Origin: Anthoceros angustus
Taxonomy: Eukaryota; Plantae; Anthocerotophyta
DNA: 64,000 nucleotides
Assembly: GCA_010909165.1 (NCBI GenBank)
Contig: MU008162.1
Location: 1,984,001-2,048,000, forward strand
Direction: 5' to 3'
Shown here: one piece after another, positions 10,573-22,000 of the stretch
How the letters are laid out: every line of letters begins with the position of its first letter
How positions within the stretch are numbered: position 1 is the stretch's first letter
Notes under the pieces: generated by a model
Databases searched by the model: none
The model's input: only the letters and a program-made list of their open reading frames with translations
Told to the model about the DNA's origin: nothing
Position numbers and translations under genes: made by a program

Positions 10573-13204
10573 TCACTTATCAGTTATCAACGCGAACTTG
10601 CTGGTCTTGGAGAGCCCTTGGCTGTGAAGGGTGTCGTAAGTCTCTGTACACACGATGGCGAAGGTGGACAGGGCGTCGAACACATGGGGCAGCCCAGTCT
10701 GGATGCTCGACAAGGTCACTGAGCGGGTGTCCTGGATGGCCTTGCCCACATTGATATCCTCCTCTTCCAGTCTCTTCCTCAAAGCTTCCACTTGCGCCTT
10801 GCGCTCCACGAAGTAAGGGTTCTCCGGTGGTGACGCCGTCGCCTCCTCCACGATGTCCGACTTCTCATCGGAATCGGATGTGGGAGGGGGAATCCATGGT
10901 TCCACATACTTCTTCTCGTAGTTGTTCAAAGCCAGGATCTTCTTGTCCAGCTCTTTCTCTGTTGCCTCCTTCCGCTTCTGTTGCCGTTGCTCCTCTGCTT
11001 GGATAGCAACAATAGTGCGCACCACTCCGATGAAGCTGGTGATTCCCTCCGAAGCACATGCATATGGAAGGCGGTCCAGAGCCTGCTGCCACTCCTGACA
11101 CAGGGTGAAGACAGGGGCCACACCTGCTTTCGCGGGGAGGCCTGACTGGTCTTTCACCTCTGGTTCTTCCGACACAGCCTGCATCATGCTCAACCTCAGC
11201 CAGCCGTTGAGATTGCTCATGTACTCTTTCTGAGCTGCCATTGCAGTATTGAACGCAGCATGCCATTTCGTCACAGCAGCTTCCAACTCCGCGGTCAGCT
11301 GCCTCTGGTAGCCGTTGGTCAGCTCCAGTGAGCCGGAATCACCCAGGGTCTGAATTTGAAGCACTAGAGCTTTCTGCTTCTGGTGGCACTCCAGCATGTC
11401 CTTCCACATTATCTTCATCCTGAACAACACCACAATATATGTAAATTCAGTCACCGAACCGCAGTTGGCAACTGTTTCGACTTCCGCAAGTTGCCAAGGC
11501 CGGAAGCACATACCCTTCAAGCAGCTCAAGTAACTGTGGATACAATTCCTCATCTCTCAACTCTTGGATTTTCGCCAAAGCCCCATCCACAGCTTGGAAC
11601 GCTACCATCACTCGAGTTTGCAAGCTTTTTATCAGCACCCTTGTCTTTTCCATCACAAGCGGATCCTCCCCCCGGGCTTCCTGATGCCTTGATTGCACCA
11701 CCTTCTTGGCAAGCTCAACCCGGATGATCTCAGCGCCCTACAGAAGGTACAAACAGTTATGATGGGACCGAGTTGCGCGCACGGGAACTGAGACAGTAGA
11801 AATCAGGGCTGAATGATCGCAACCGGATTCAAGTACCTTTACTTCGTCGAAAAGCTTCTTCTCCCAAGCGAACAACCTGTCCAAAGTTGCTGCATGACTG
11901 CCCATCGCCCCACACTCATCATGGGAAAGGCTTTCATCACCTCCACTTTTCACCGACAGCAAAGACTTCGAAGATGCAGATTTGCTGAAGAATGTCAGTG
12001 ACGAGTTGAAGACCCTCGATGAATTTTCAAAATAGCCTGGAATGTAAGCCAGTACACTTATCGGAAAACGTTTCCAAAACACAGCACTCACCCCTCGTGG
12101 ACGCATATACACCGCTCACGAGACTGCGACACAAAATTAACAAGCGAAACCACAAAATGCACCACAGAACTTTCAAATCCGTATAAGCCCCAAGGTCTGC
12201 AATCCCCCGGTCTCGTGCAAGAAGGCCACTCCACGTGAGAGAAACGTCTTGATGAGCTCAGCTACACATCCATCTCATGAAAAGACTAGGTGGGAAGCAA
12301 AAGGAGTACCTTTGTTCTGTGCAAAATTGGAGAGGTAATGCACTTTGCGTGTCTCCAACATACGACTCATTTGATCACCACATCCGGCAGCTCTTGAGAA
12401 GAGTTCATCCACCTCCTTGAGGACTCCAACCAGGTCTCTTCCGTTGGACGACACCACCATAGCGAGGTCCCTGTTTTCCGGAGACTCAACGGCCGTCTCC
12501 GGGGCCTTCTCAACGACCTTCTCAACGACCTTCTCCACGGGCTGCCGAACCTCCTCCTTGGCCACGGCACCCGATTCTTCGGGCAGAGTAGGTGGAACCG
12601 ATTCCCCATCCGCCTTATCCCTAACATCAGAGTCCGACTCCCGCATTTGCTTCAATTTCCGCTGCTCCTGCAAATGGAAAGGGGGTGCCGGTGGACGAAA
12701 GGGATCCAAAAATGCCTGCCAGCTACTACGCGCGGTGGTAGGTGGAGGAGGTGGCCTGCCAACGTGGGGAGCACTCTCCCAGCTTTCTTGGGAACCAGGT
12801 TTGGGAGAAGCAAGAAGACTAGCTTTGGACGCACCCTTGGACTTCTTCGCGGGGGAAGCAGACGGGAGAATGCTGGTCCCCTTCCGGGACAAATCAGCGG
12901 AGGGAGGAGGAGACATGGGAGGAGAGCTAGGCGGCGAAGGGAAAGCTGGAGGAGAGGAAGGAGCCAACGAAAGAACATCCACTGACGCGGGAGTTGCTGG
13001 TACCTGGCTGGCATCTTGCCCTTCTTCTCCTCCTTGCGCAAATCGGCGCACAGCAACTCCCGTACTTTGCAGCGCCTGGAGATACTGGATATGCGCCACG
13101 GCGAAGGCATGTCGAGCCGTCACAGCCTGCTTCATAAACCTCTTCCTCGCCTTGCATCGTGCCACAGTCTCCTCATTCTCCACTTTGGAGCTCACACACC
13201 CCAT
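10573..13204 (-). CDS. DUF630/DUF632 protein (NRG2/APSR1/REL2 family); exons 13204-12310, 12036-11837, 11737-11514, 11419-10573
   Basis: MGCVSSKVENEETVARCKARKRFMKQAV..HAFAVAHIQYLQAL (DUF630); SHAATLDRLFAWEKKLFDEVK, LRDEELYPQLLEL, MWKDMLECHQKQK (DUF632); all three introns GT-AG and phase-consistent. Confidence 0.95.
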
Positions 13205-15061
13205 GGATGCCGCTGCGGCAAGCGAAGGCACAGCCTCTTCCCCCCTCCCCGCAAAGACGCAACGTCCCTCCCGGATTTCGGCACCAGCAAAACCTCACCA
13301 CTAGCCGCCTCCGCGCATTCCCTCCCCGACACCACACACCAGCCTACCCGTCCAACACGCAATCAATCCCCCTCCCGCACCTCACAATTCCGCTCCCTTC
13401 CTCACACCGCAAACACACAAACAAACCGACACGCAAACAAAACCAAGGGGAAGAAGAAGATCTTGAACCTCAACACCTCCCCAATCACTCCCGCACACAA
13501 TGCAGCCCCGTACTCTACCTTTCCCTCACCACACACCACACTCCTCCCTAACAATTCCGCACACCGCAAGCTCAAATTTGGAACCCTGCCGGCCTCCGAT
13601 CCCGCTCCCGCCAATCTTTTTTACGAAATTTTCACACCATCAGGCCCCGGAGTCCGCACATCCAGCTCCTCCCGCTCAGTCCAGAATCTTTCGCACCGCT
13701 CCAGCCACACGCATTCCTCAAATTGGAGCCCGCACACACGAAAGAAGCCTCCGCTGCAAGAGCGCAGCAGGCTCGCACGCCGCACGCCGCACAGCGCCCG
13801 CGCCCGCGCCCGATCCTCTGCGCCAAGAAGACTCGCGCGAAAAGCGGGACGAGACGTCTCGGCAGCGGGTGGCAGGGGAGCGGCTGCGGCAGCGGCAGGA
13901 GCAGCCAATCTTGCTTGCGCGGCGTCGGCTTCGGCAGGGCGGGAGCTTCACCACGGCGCAGGCCAGACAGCTAGCTGTTAGGCGTCGTCGTAGAAGAAGG
14001 GCAGGCGGGGCCGGGCCTGGCGTGGCGTGGGCTGGCCTCGAGAGCTGCGGAGTGGAGCTGCCACAGGCCGAGACTAGAGAGAGAGTGGCGAAACAATGAT
14101 AAAGTAATGCGCTGTGCAGACACAGGCGGCTGCTGTTCCACTTTCCAGTTCAGCACAGCGCAGCGCCGAGGGATCTTGGTTTGTTCTATCCGCTCTTCCG
14201 CCATTTATTGGAAACCATGTTTACGTTTAACCCAACCACTGGTCATCCCCACAACCCACTGCTCCGTTCCTCTACGCTCGCAGCCTCTCATTAAATTTTC
14301 CCCCACGGTGCGGTCGAGATTCGATCCCTCGACCTGCCTGTCCGACAGCTGCGTCCCAACCAACCGGCTGGTTCTGCAGGGCAGGAAAAAGCTTTCCCCA
14401 CTCCAGTCGCCATGATGGCGACTTGACCGGCCCAGCCGGGGCGGGACAGGCGGCACCGGCAGGTGTGCGGAGCTGCTTGGCGCATTGGGGCGCGCCCATC
14501 ATGTGACAACGGTCGTCGGTTATGAGCTTGAAAGTGGGTGTATCGCCGGGGCGCCGGCGAATCCCCGGTCGCCTTAAGCGCCGTTGAAGACTTGGAACGT
14601 CTCTCGTACTGGGGCTGCCGGGCCACTAAAGCCCATGGCAGGCTCGTACCGGAGGCGATTTAAGACGTTTCGCCGCTGATGCGCTCGCCATTGGAATTTG
14701 GTGTTGAGCACGAGGATTTAGGGTGTAGCGCTCATAATGCTGGGCGGGCCCCCCGCCGGCTAAATGTCGGAGCCTAATTAAGTATGTATATTGTGCCTCA
14801 TCCCTCATCGCGATCAATGTCCTGCTATTTAGGGCGGCGGCTGTCGCCCGCGCAACGGTCGCCTGCCATTTTGTTTTCCAGCTTTCTCCAATTCTGGACA
14901 TCCGGAAGTTCTGGTCACACTGGACGCCTACGATTCCCACGTATCTACGTACCACACAGCAAGAGTTCCCAGGGCGTCGTGTTCATGGCCATCGGGACTA
15001 CGATTTAGAACGTATATTATAAATTGTGTTCCGAACATCAGAATTCCACACTCTTGTTGTG

Positions 15062-15266
15062 GGAAAAGAAGACTTTATTATAAAAAAGAGATGAAAAAAT
15101 TCATCTACCCGAGAAAAACCCAACAAAGGGCACCATGCCATGGGATCTAGCTCCCACGATCACGCATTTCAAAATTACCAATCGCCCGAAGAACTTCGTG
15201 GTCAGGGATGTAACAAGGCTTACCACCGGTGTCGAAGAAGTTGCATCTCCCGGGCTCGGTGTGTTC
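15062..15266 (-). mobile_element. 5'-truncated copy of REL-LINE family A, candidate 9-bp TSD
   Basis: Reverse complement matches 4565-4780 (GAGCCC.GGAGATGCA.CTTCTTC.ACACCGGTGGTAAG...ATCCCTGACCACGAAGTTCTTCG...AATAAAGTCTTCTTTTCC); TGTTGTGGG at 15055-15063 and 15267-15275. Confidence 0.8.
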
Positions 15267-16304
15267 TGTTGTGGGTAGGCTTGTAAATATGGTCTAACCC
15301 ATTCTACTCTTTTACTTCAGAGTTCAGATATTAGAATATGTGTATTATTCTTCCAGTTAATCTAACTTTGACTTCTATAATCTTCCTCCATCATATTATG
15401 TTGATTATCCACCACATGGACTACCAATGTTCATGATCTAGCATGGGAAACGACGTTTGAAGCTCATCTCGTATGAGTTCAGGTTTTTGCCTCATGATTT
15501 TTGTACATCTTTGCTTTGCATCGTTACTGCTATGGTCATCATTTGCAAGACGGAAGCTCATATTCTTGCCAGTATTGTGTCCCATGCCCTTTCAGTAATA
15601 TATTCTCGGAGGTGGTGGAGGGTAGTGGAGGTTCGTGCATAGTATCGATGTCCCTTGACCGTTTCAAAATATGTATATTCTCACAAGTGGTGTTAGGTAG
15701 TGAAGGTTTATGCAGTGTCCTATGACCTTGCGTACATATATTCTTCTAAGTGGAGGTTTATGCTCCGGCTTGGTGTCCTATGACCTTGGAGAGAAGTGGT
15801 GTCAGGTAGTGGTTTGCGTGGTAGGTGATGGAATATCAAGCCGTTTGATAGTGCGCGGCGGCCTTCCTCGTGCGAGGTCTAAAGGGCGAGATTCTCCTTG
15901 TTGATAATGATAATGATAATGATGGTAGGTGACGCTGCACAGTAATAAAGATAAGTACGATAAGACGTGTGGTGGTAGGTGATGTGGCAAGTAATAGAGG
16001 TTAGTACCGCAAGACTTGTGGTGGTAGGTGATGTGCCAAGTAATAGATGCAAGTGCTGTAAGACACAAGTGTGATGGAATGTGATACATGAGTAATAGAG
16101 GTAATTAATTGAAGTTTGTTCTAGAACACGATTGTCGTCTCTCCACAAAGACCACAAAAGAAAAGGGAAAGTTGGTTGGTCCCCGCTATGTTGGGGTGCG
16201 CTGATTTCCCTCGTGTGAGACGGAACATGCATGAGATCTTCAATGACTTGAGTTAGTCTCTAATGCTTCAATCAATTTGAAATTTTACACACCATCCTCG
16301 CCTT

Positions 16305-16440
16305 TAAAGCTTTGGTGTAGGAAAAACAAGCTACATACTTACAATTTTGACATTATGTCATGAATGAGATTCCAACCTAAAGCTTTGGTGTAGGAAAAAC
16401 AAGCTACTTACAATTTTGACATTATGTTATGAATGAGATT
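16305..16440. repeat. Tandem duplication, ~68-72 bp, 2 copies
   Basis: TAAAGCTTTGGTGTAGGAAAAACAAGCTAC(AT)ACTTACAATTTTGACATTATG..ATGAATGAGATT twice. Confidence 0.85.
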
Positions 16441-17017
16441 CAAATCCATGTCCTACCCTATTTTCAGATATAAAGCTTTTGTAAAGCTTCATTGCTGGGA
16501 CAACATGTTACAATTTTTGTCCAGTGCTGAATTCATACTATGTCAAGAATAGAATATGAACTCATGCCCCTTGGGACCACTTCTCTAGTGTGTAATGTTG
16601 TGAACTGGCATCTTAACCAACTCTACCATCTTGACCTCATTGCCTTGGAACGCAATGCTCATGTTTTAAAATGATCACCTTAATAACAATGTAACTCATC
16701 CCAAACTTAATTTGGATTTCTTTTGTACTTGTTCTAGACCACTTAGAATCTATTTTCCATAAAACATGATATGCGATACAAGAGATTTTCTTTTCATAAG
16801 GAAATCGATGTTTTGGAGGATATTTTTACATAGATGTCTTGGTAAGTATACAAGCACAAATTTACTATTTTTTAGTTTATCAAAGAACTTTATTTATTCC
16901 TCGAAAACGGTTCTCTCACATTTCGGTTGCTACCAAAATAATCAATTTTTTATTTGAAATTTTTATTTAACTTTCAGATAAAAATAACTACTTACTTATT
17001 TGAAAAGCTTTACTTGA

Positions 17018-17112
17018 TTTTCACCTTGTAGTATTGAAAGGGATTTTCACCTTGTAGTATTGAAAGGGATTTTCACCTTGTATTATTGAAAGGGATTTTC
17101 ACCTTGTAGTAT
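17018..17112. repeat. Minisatellite, 26 bp unit, ~3.5 copies
   Basis: GATTTTCACCTTGTAGTATTGAAAGG repeated. Confidence 0.9.
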
Positions 17113-17449
17113 TTATGGTAAGAATTACATTTTATAACAACAATGTTTTGAGTGTTTTGGAGTTGATAAATGCTCACAAGATAAACCACACTCACTTATA
17201 GATTATTGTGATAATGTTCATACATTGTAAGGAATTTTTATTGTGTTTTATTGCAAGGCTGGATTCGATGTAAAATGAATGACTACCAAGGTAAAATAAG
17301 TAAGTGTTATGGTTTATGAATCACCTACTTATATCTATGAGAGATTCCTCGTAAATCGCTCTATGCTGCACATAACATGCATTGTGGGCACATAACATAG
17401 AACTTTTCATAGATATATGTGCAAAAAGATTCCACAAGGTCTTTTAGAC

Positions 17450-17457
17450 TATAAATA
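17450..17457 (+). promoter_or_regulatory. Candidate TATA box of the Gnk2-like gene
   Basis: TATAAATA about 60 bp upstream of ATG 17516. Confidence 0.45.
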
Positions 17458-17515
17458 CATTCAAGCAAGTCTTAAGTCTACGCTAACTTGACTCCTTTCT
17501 AGCTCTTTTGCAAAC

Positions 17516-18190
17516 ATGTTATCACCAAATTTGTGGGCCTCAGGTAAGAAAATCTACTTGTATAACTATGTGAAAGTTATAGGTATAAGTCAGGCATTGT
17601 CCACATACAAGAATGTCACTTTTCTTTAAGGTTAACTAAATTAATGTATCATTTGTGTACTTTCAGATTTCAAATACAAACATGTCGCAAAACATAAAAA
17701 ATGCTCGAGTTTCAATATATTGAGTTTTTCTATTATATTTTATCTAATTGCAGGAGTTATAGTTGCTTTTGGCCGTATAGATGAAAATTTCTTTCCATGG
17801 ACGGGATTGCCAGGGCAAGGCAAATCTGAAATTTCTCCTGACATCACTTTTCTTTCTTGTGATTGTAGCGGTGATACTTTTCCTAATTACATAGTGGAGA
17901 CATTGAATATTAAGATACAAGAAACTGTGGTAGAAGCAAGCAAAAGATTTGCAAGCAATCGTCCTTACATTTTTATCTATGATCTTCCCATTTATAACGG
18001 TCCCAATCACTTGAATATTTCAGCCAATTGTATAGCTGGAAGAACACCCACTATGATGGAAAAGCATCAATGTCGCTCTTGTCTAAATTTTGTGAGTGAA
18101 CGACTTCTAAATGTTTGTGTCCCATCAACTACGGGTAATTACCGAGTTGCAGATTGTGATATTCAATACACGTTTTCTGTAAGAGTCTAA
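17516..18190 (+). CDS. Small Cys-rich Gnk2/DUF26 (stress-antifungal)-like protein; exons 17516-17543, 17754-18190
   Basis: ATG...TCAG|GTAAG donor and CTAATTGCAG|GA acceptor join in phase 1 to give MLSPNLWASGVIVAFG...; C-terminal half has C-x13-C-x2-C, then C..S..G.....DC.I.Y, as in DUF26 but with a longer first spacer than the canonical C-x8-C-x2-C. Confidence 0.6.
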
Positions 18191-19018
18191 ATCTAGACAT
18201 GTGATACTCCTGACTTTAAACTTTTATTGATATAATAATCATCATTAAATATATTAAATATAAATATAGTTTTATACACGAAATAGAGGTGGATTTTACG
18301 AATTACAGGAGCAGGACGTGGCTCACGTTTTTGTCACGTTGTACTATGAAATAATTTATTTATAAATAAATAAATAATTTAAATTTCTATTTAAGATCTC
18401 CTGTAGAATATATCTTATAGGTATTGATTTCCTCCCCCTACAATGGTGGACGAAAAATAGTGCAACGTAATTAGAGGATCATGATCTCTAACAAATGTTG
18501 TTTCGTCAGATGAAATTTTGGATGTACGTGTTATGCGAGACACGAGCACAATCCTGCATCACAATTGAGTTCAAACGAGAAGAGGAAGGAAAGGAAGGAG
18601 AACAATGGAACGTCTGCAGTCTGCACGCATGTACAATGTCGTATCCACCTTCAGGCCCACCTTCATCACCAGCTTGTTTTTCGTCTCCTTGCATAGACTA
18701 TTTCCGATTTCTGTCCGAGAAAGGTCGGCTACAGTACATGCCAATGCATGCTGGAGTTGCTTCTTTGTCAACACCCCCGGCGTCTTGATGACCATGACGA
18801 GGAAAGCTGCTTTAACGAGGCACTCGAAATGTTGCCTTTTACTGGATGTGCAAATGGAGCTGGTTCTGGAAGCTCCAATGATGTCACCCATGCCTCCAGA
18901 CGAGAACAAAGTGGAGTTGTGAAGGAAAATGTGCTTGCGGATCAGTCAGGGCAGCTAAGGCAAACACCACATCTGAATTTGCGGAAGTCGGGGAGCTTCC
19001 TCTTACTCCCTCGGGCCC

Positions 19019-22000
19019 ATGGCTGTGCGGAGCCGGCTGACAGGTGTCGGAAGAGCTCCTGCTCACCTGACTTTAAGGAAGCAACTGCTAACAAAGAAGC
19101 AAGCTGCGAGGAGCAGCAGCAATGCAAGAAAGCCAGCTCGTCCAAGAGGCTTGCCTGGAGATGGATCTCGCAGCCAGGGTTTACAGCGCCAAGAGCTCTT
19201 GTGGCGACTGTTTTTCCGGGACCCTATGCTTTGGTGGGATAACAGGCAAGACAAGAAGAGCGACCGGTCGCCTGATTTCAGGCATAGGGAGTCGCAGGAG
19301 GTCCTCTGGCTGAACAGCGTGCATAAGCCGCCGTGGGTGGATGCGCAACTGGCAGCTGTGGATATGGAGATGGGGCGTGGTGCTTCGAATTCCAACTGGA
19401 GCGTGCCGGGTGAATCTGACTATGCCTGGCCTGCAGGGTACGAAAGTGGTGTGACGGCTGAAATCGTGAGCCAGCTATGTGATGAGGGCCGTGTCACTGA
19501 AGCTGTTGATGCTCTGGGAGTTCTGGTGCAGAGAGAGTTTTGTGTCTCAAAGTCTCTCTTCTATCATGTGTTGAAGCAATGTGAAGTGAAGAAGAATCTT
19601 GGTCTTGGTCGCCGTGTGCATGCTTTCACGGTGAAACAGGGGTACGAGTCGGACACGTTTCTGTGCAACCACATTCTGCGGATGTATGCTTCTCATGGGA
19701 GGTTGCAAGACGCCATGGATGTGTTCAGCTTGATTGCTGAACCAGATGCATTTATGTGGTCTTCTATAATTTCTGCGCATGTTAAACTGGGGAATGACAA
19801 GGAAGCCATAAAACTGTATCATCGGATGCAAGGGTCCAGTGTGAAGCCAGATGGCCATGTATTTGTGGCAGCACTGCAGGCTTGCGCAAGGGGGTCAGAC
19901 TTGAAAACTGGTCAGCAGGTGCATGCAGATGTGTTGGCCAGTGGGGTTGAGCCTCATCTAATTGTTTGTAATGGTCTGGTGGACATGTATGCAAAGTGTG
20001 GGAGATTGGAGGATGGAAAGCGTGTGTTTGATGGACTTCGTCAAAAAGATGTGGTGACGTGGAATACCATGATAGCAGGGTATTCCCAGCAGGGGATGGG
20101 GCAGGAGGCACTTCGTCTCTACAGTGATATGCAAGATGATGGCGTCATCTCCCCCAATTCTGTGACATTCGTGTGCCTCCTTCAGGCATGCGCAAGTGTG
20201 GGCACCCTAGCTTTGGACAAGGGGAAGCAGCTGCATGTGGAGATTGGAGAGCAAGGACACCAAGTTGATGTGTATGTGGCTAACAGTTTGGTAAACATGT
20301 ATGCGAAGTGTGGCAGCCTGGAGGATGCCCAGAGAGTGTTCGACGGACTTGGTCAAAAAGATGTGGTGGCGTGGACAGCTCTAATTGCAGGGTATTCCCA
20401 GCAGGGCATGCCCCAGGAAGCCCTTCGTCTGTACAGTGTTATGCAAGTAGAAGGCATGGCTGTTCCTGATCCCGTGACATTTGTGTGCCTCTTGCAGGCA
20501 TGTGCAAGTGTGGGGACCCTGGCGTTGGAGGAGGGGAAGCAGCTTCATGCACAAATCAGAGAACGAGGACATCAAGCTCATGTGTTCGTAGCCAACAGTT
20601 TGGTAAACATGTATGCAAAGTGTGGCAGCTTGGAAGATGCTCACAGTGTGTTTGATGGACTTCATCAAAAAGATGTCGTGACATGGACTGTGCTAATAGC
20701 GGGGTATTCCCAGCAGGGCATGGGCCAGGAAGCCCTTCGTGTCTACAGTGCTATGCTAGAAGAAGGCATAGCTGTACCCAATTCGGTGACGTTTGGGTGC
20801 CTTCTACAGGCATGTGCAAGTGTAGGCACGCCAGCACTGGCGATGGGGATTCGGCTTCATGAGCAAATTAGAGAACGAGGAGATCAGGCTGATAGTTTTG
20901 TAGCCAGCAGTTTGGTGAATATGTATGCAAAATGTGGCAGCTTGGAAGACGCTCAAATAGTGTTCGCCCAATTGTGTGAGAAAGATGTGGTGACCTGGAA
21001 TGCCATGATAGCAGCATGTACACAGCAGGGAATGGGTCAGGAAGCCCTTCAACTCCATCGTGCCATGCAAGAAGAAGGCATTGTTGTACCCAATTCTGCG
21101 ACATTCGTGTACCTCCTTCAGGCATGTGCAAGTGTGGGCACCGGAGCATTGGAAAAGGGTAAGCAGCTTCATGTTCAAGTTAGAGAACAAGGGCTCCAAC
21201 CTGATGGTTTTATAGGCAACAGTTTGGTGAACATGTACGCAAAGTGTGGAAGCTTAGAAGATGCTCAGAGATTGTTTGATGGACTTGAGCACAAAGATGT
21301 TGTAACCTGGACTTCTCTAATTGGAGGATATTCCCAGCATGGCATGTTCCATGAAGCCCTTCGTCTGTACGATGCAATGCAAGACGAAGGCACAGCTCTA
21401 CCCAATGCTGTGACGTTTGTGTGCCTGCTGCAGGCATGCGCAAGTGTGGGCACCATGGCATTGGAGAAGGGGAAGCAGCTTCATAGACAGCTCAACGACC
21501 AAGCACATCAAGCTGATGGGTTTGTGGCCAGCAGTTTGGTAAACATGTATGTAAAGTGTGGCAGCCTAGAGGATGCTCAAAGAGTATTTGATGGACTTGG
21601 CCACAAGGATGTGGTTACGTGGAATGCTTTAATTGCAGGATATTCCCAGGAGGGCATGGGACAAGAAGCAATTCGTCTCTACAGTGATATGCAAGAAGTT
21701 GGCCTTGCTGTACCCAATTCAGTGACATTTGTATGCCTTTTACAGGCATGTGCAGTTGTGGGGACCTCAGCTTTGGAGAAGGGCGTGCAGCTCCATGTGC
21801 AAATTGAAGAACAAGGAATTCAAGCAGATGTGTTTGTGGCCAATAGTTTGGTAAACATGTATGCAAAGTGCGGCAGCCTAGAGGATGCTCAGAAAGTATT
21901 TGACGAACTTGGTCAGAAAGATGTGGTGACGTGGAATGCCATGATAGCAGGTTATTCCCAGCAGGGCATGGGCCAGGAAGCCCTTCGTCTTTACAGTGCT

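Noticed and set aside
12367-14626. ORFs 12417-13304, 13016-13981, 13500-14099 and others
   Set aside because: Antisense shadows or the GC-rich, low-complexity 5' region of the DUF632 gene; no recognisable domains
18920-18922. Stop codon rescued by U-to-C editing, as in fern organelles
   Set aside because: This is a nuclear locus; reverse editing is known for plastid and mitochondrial transcripts only
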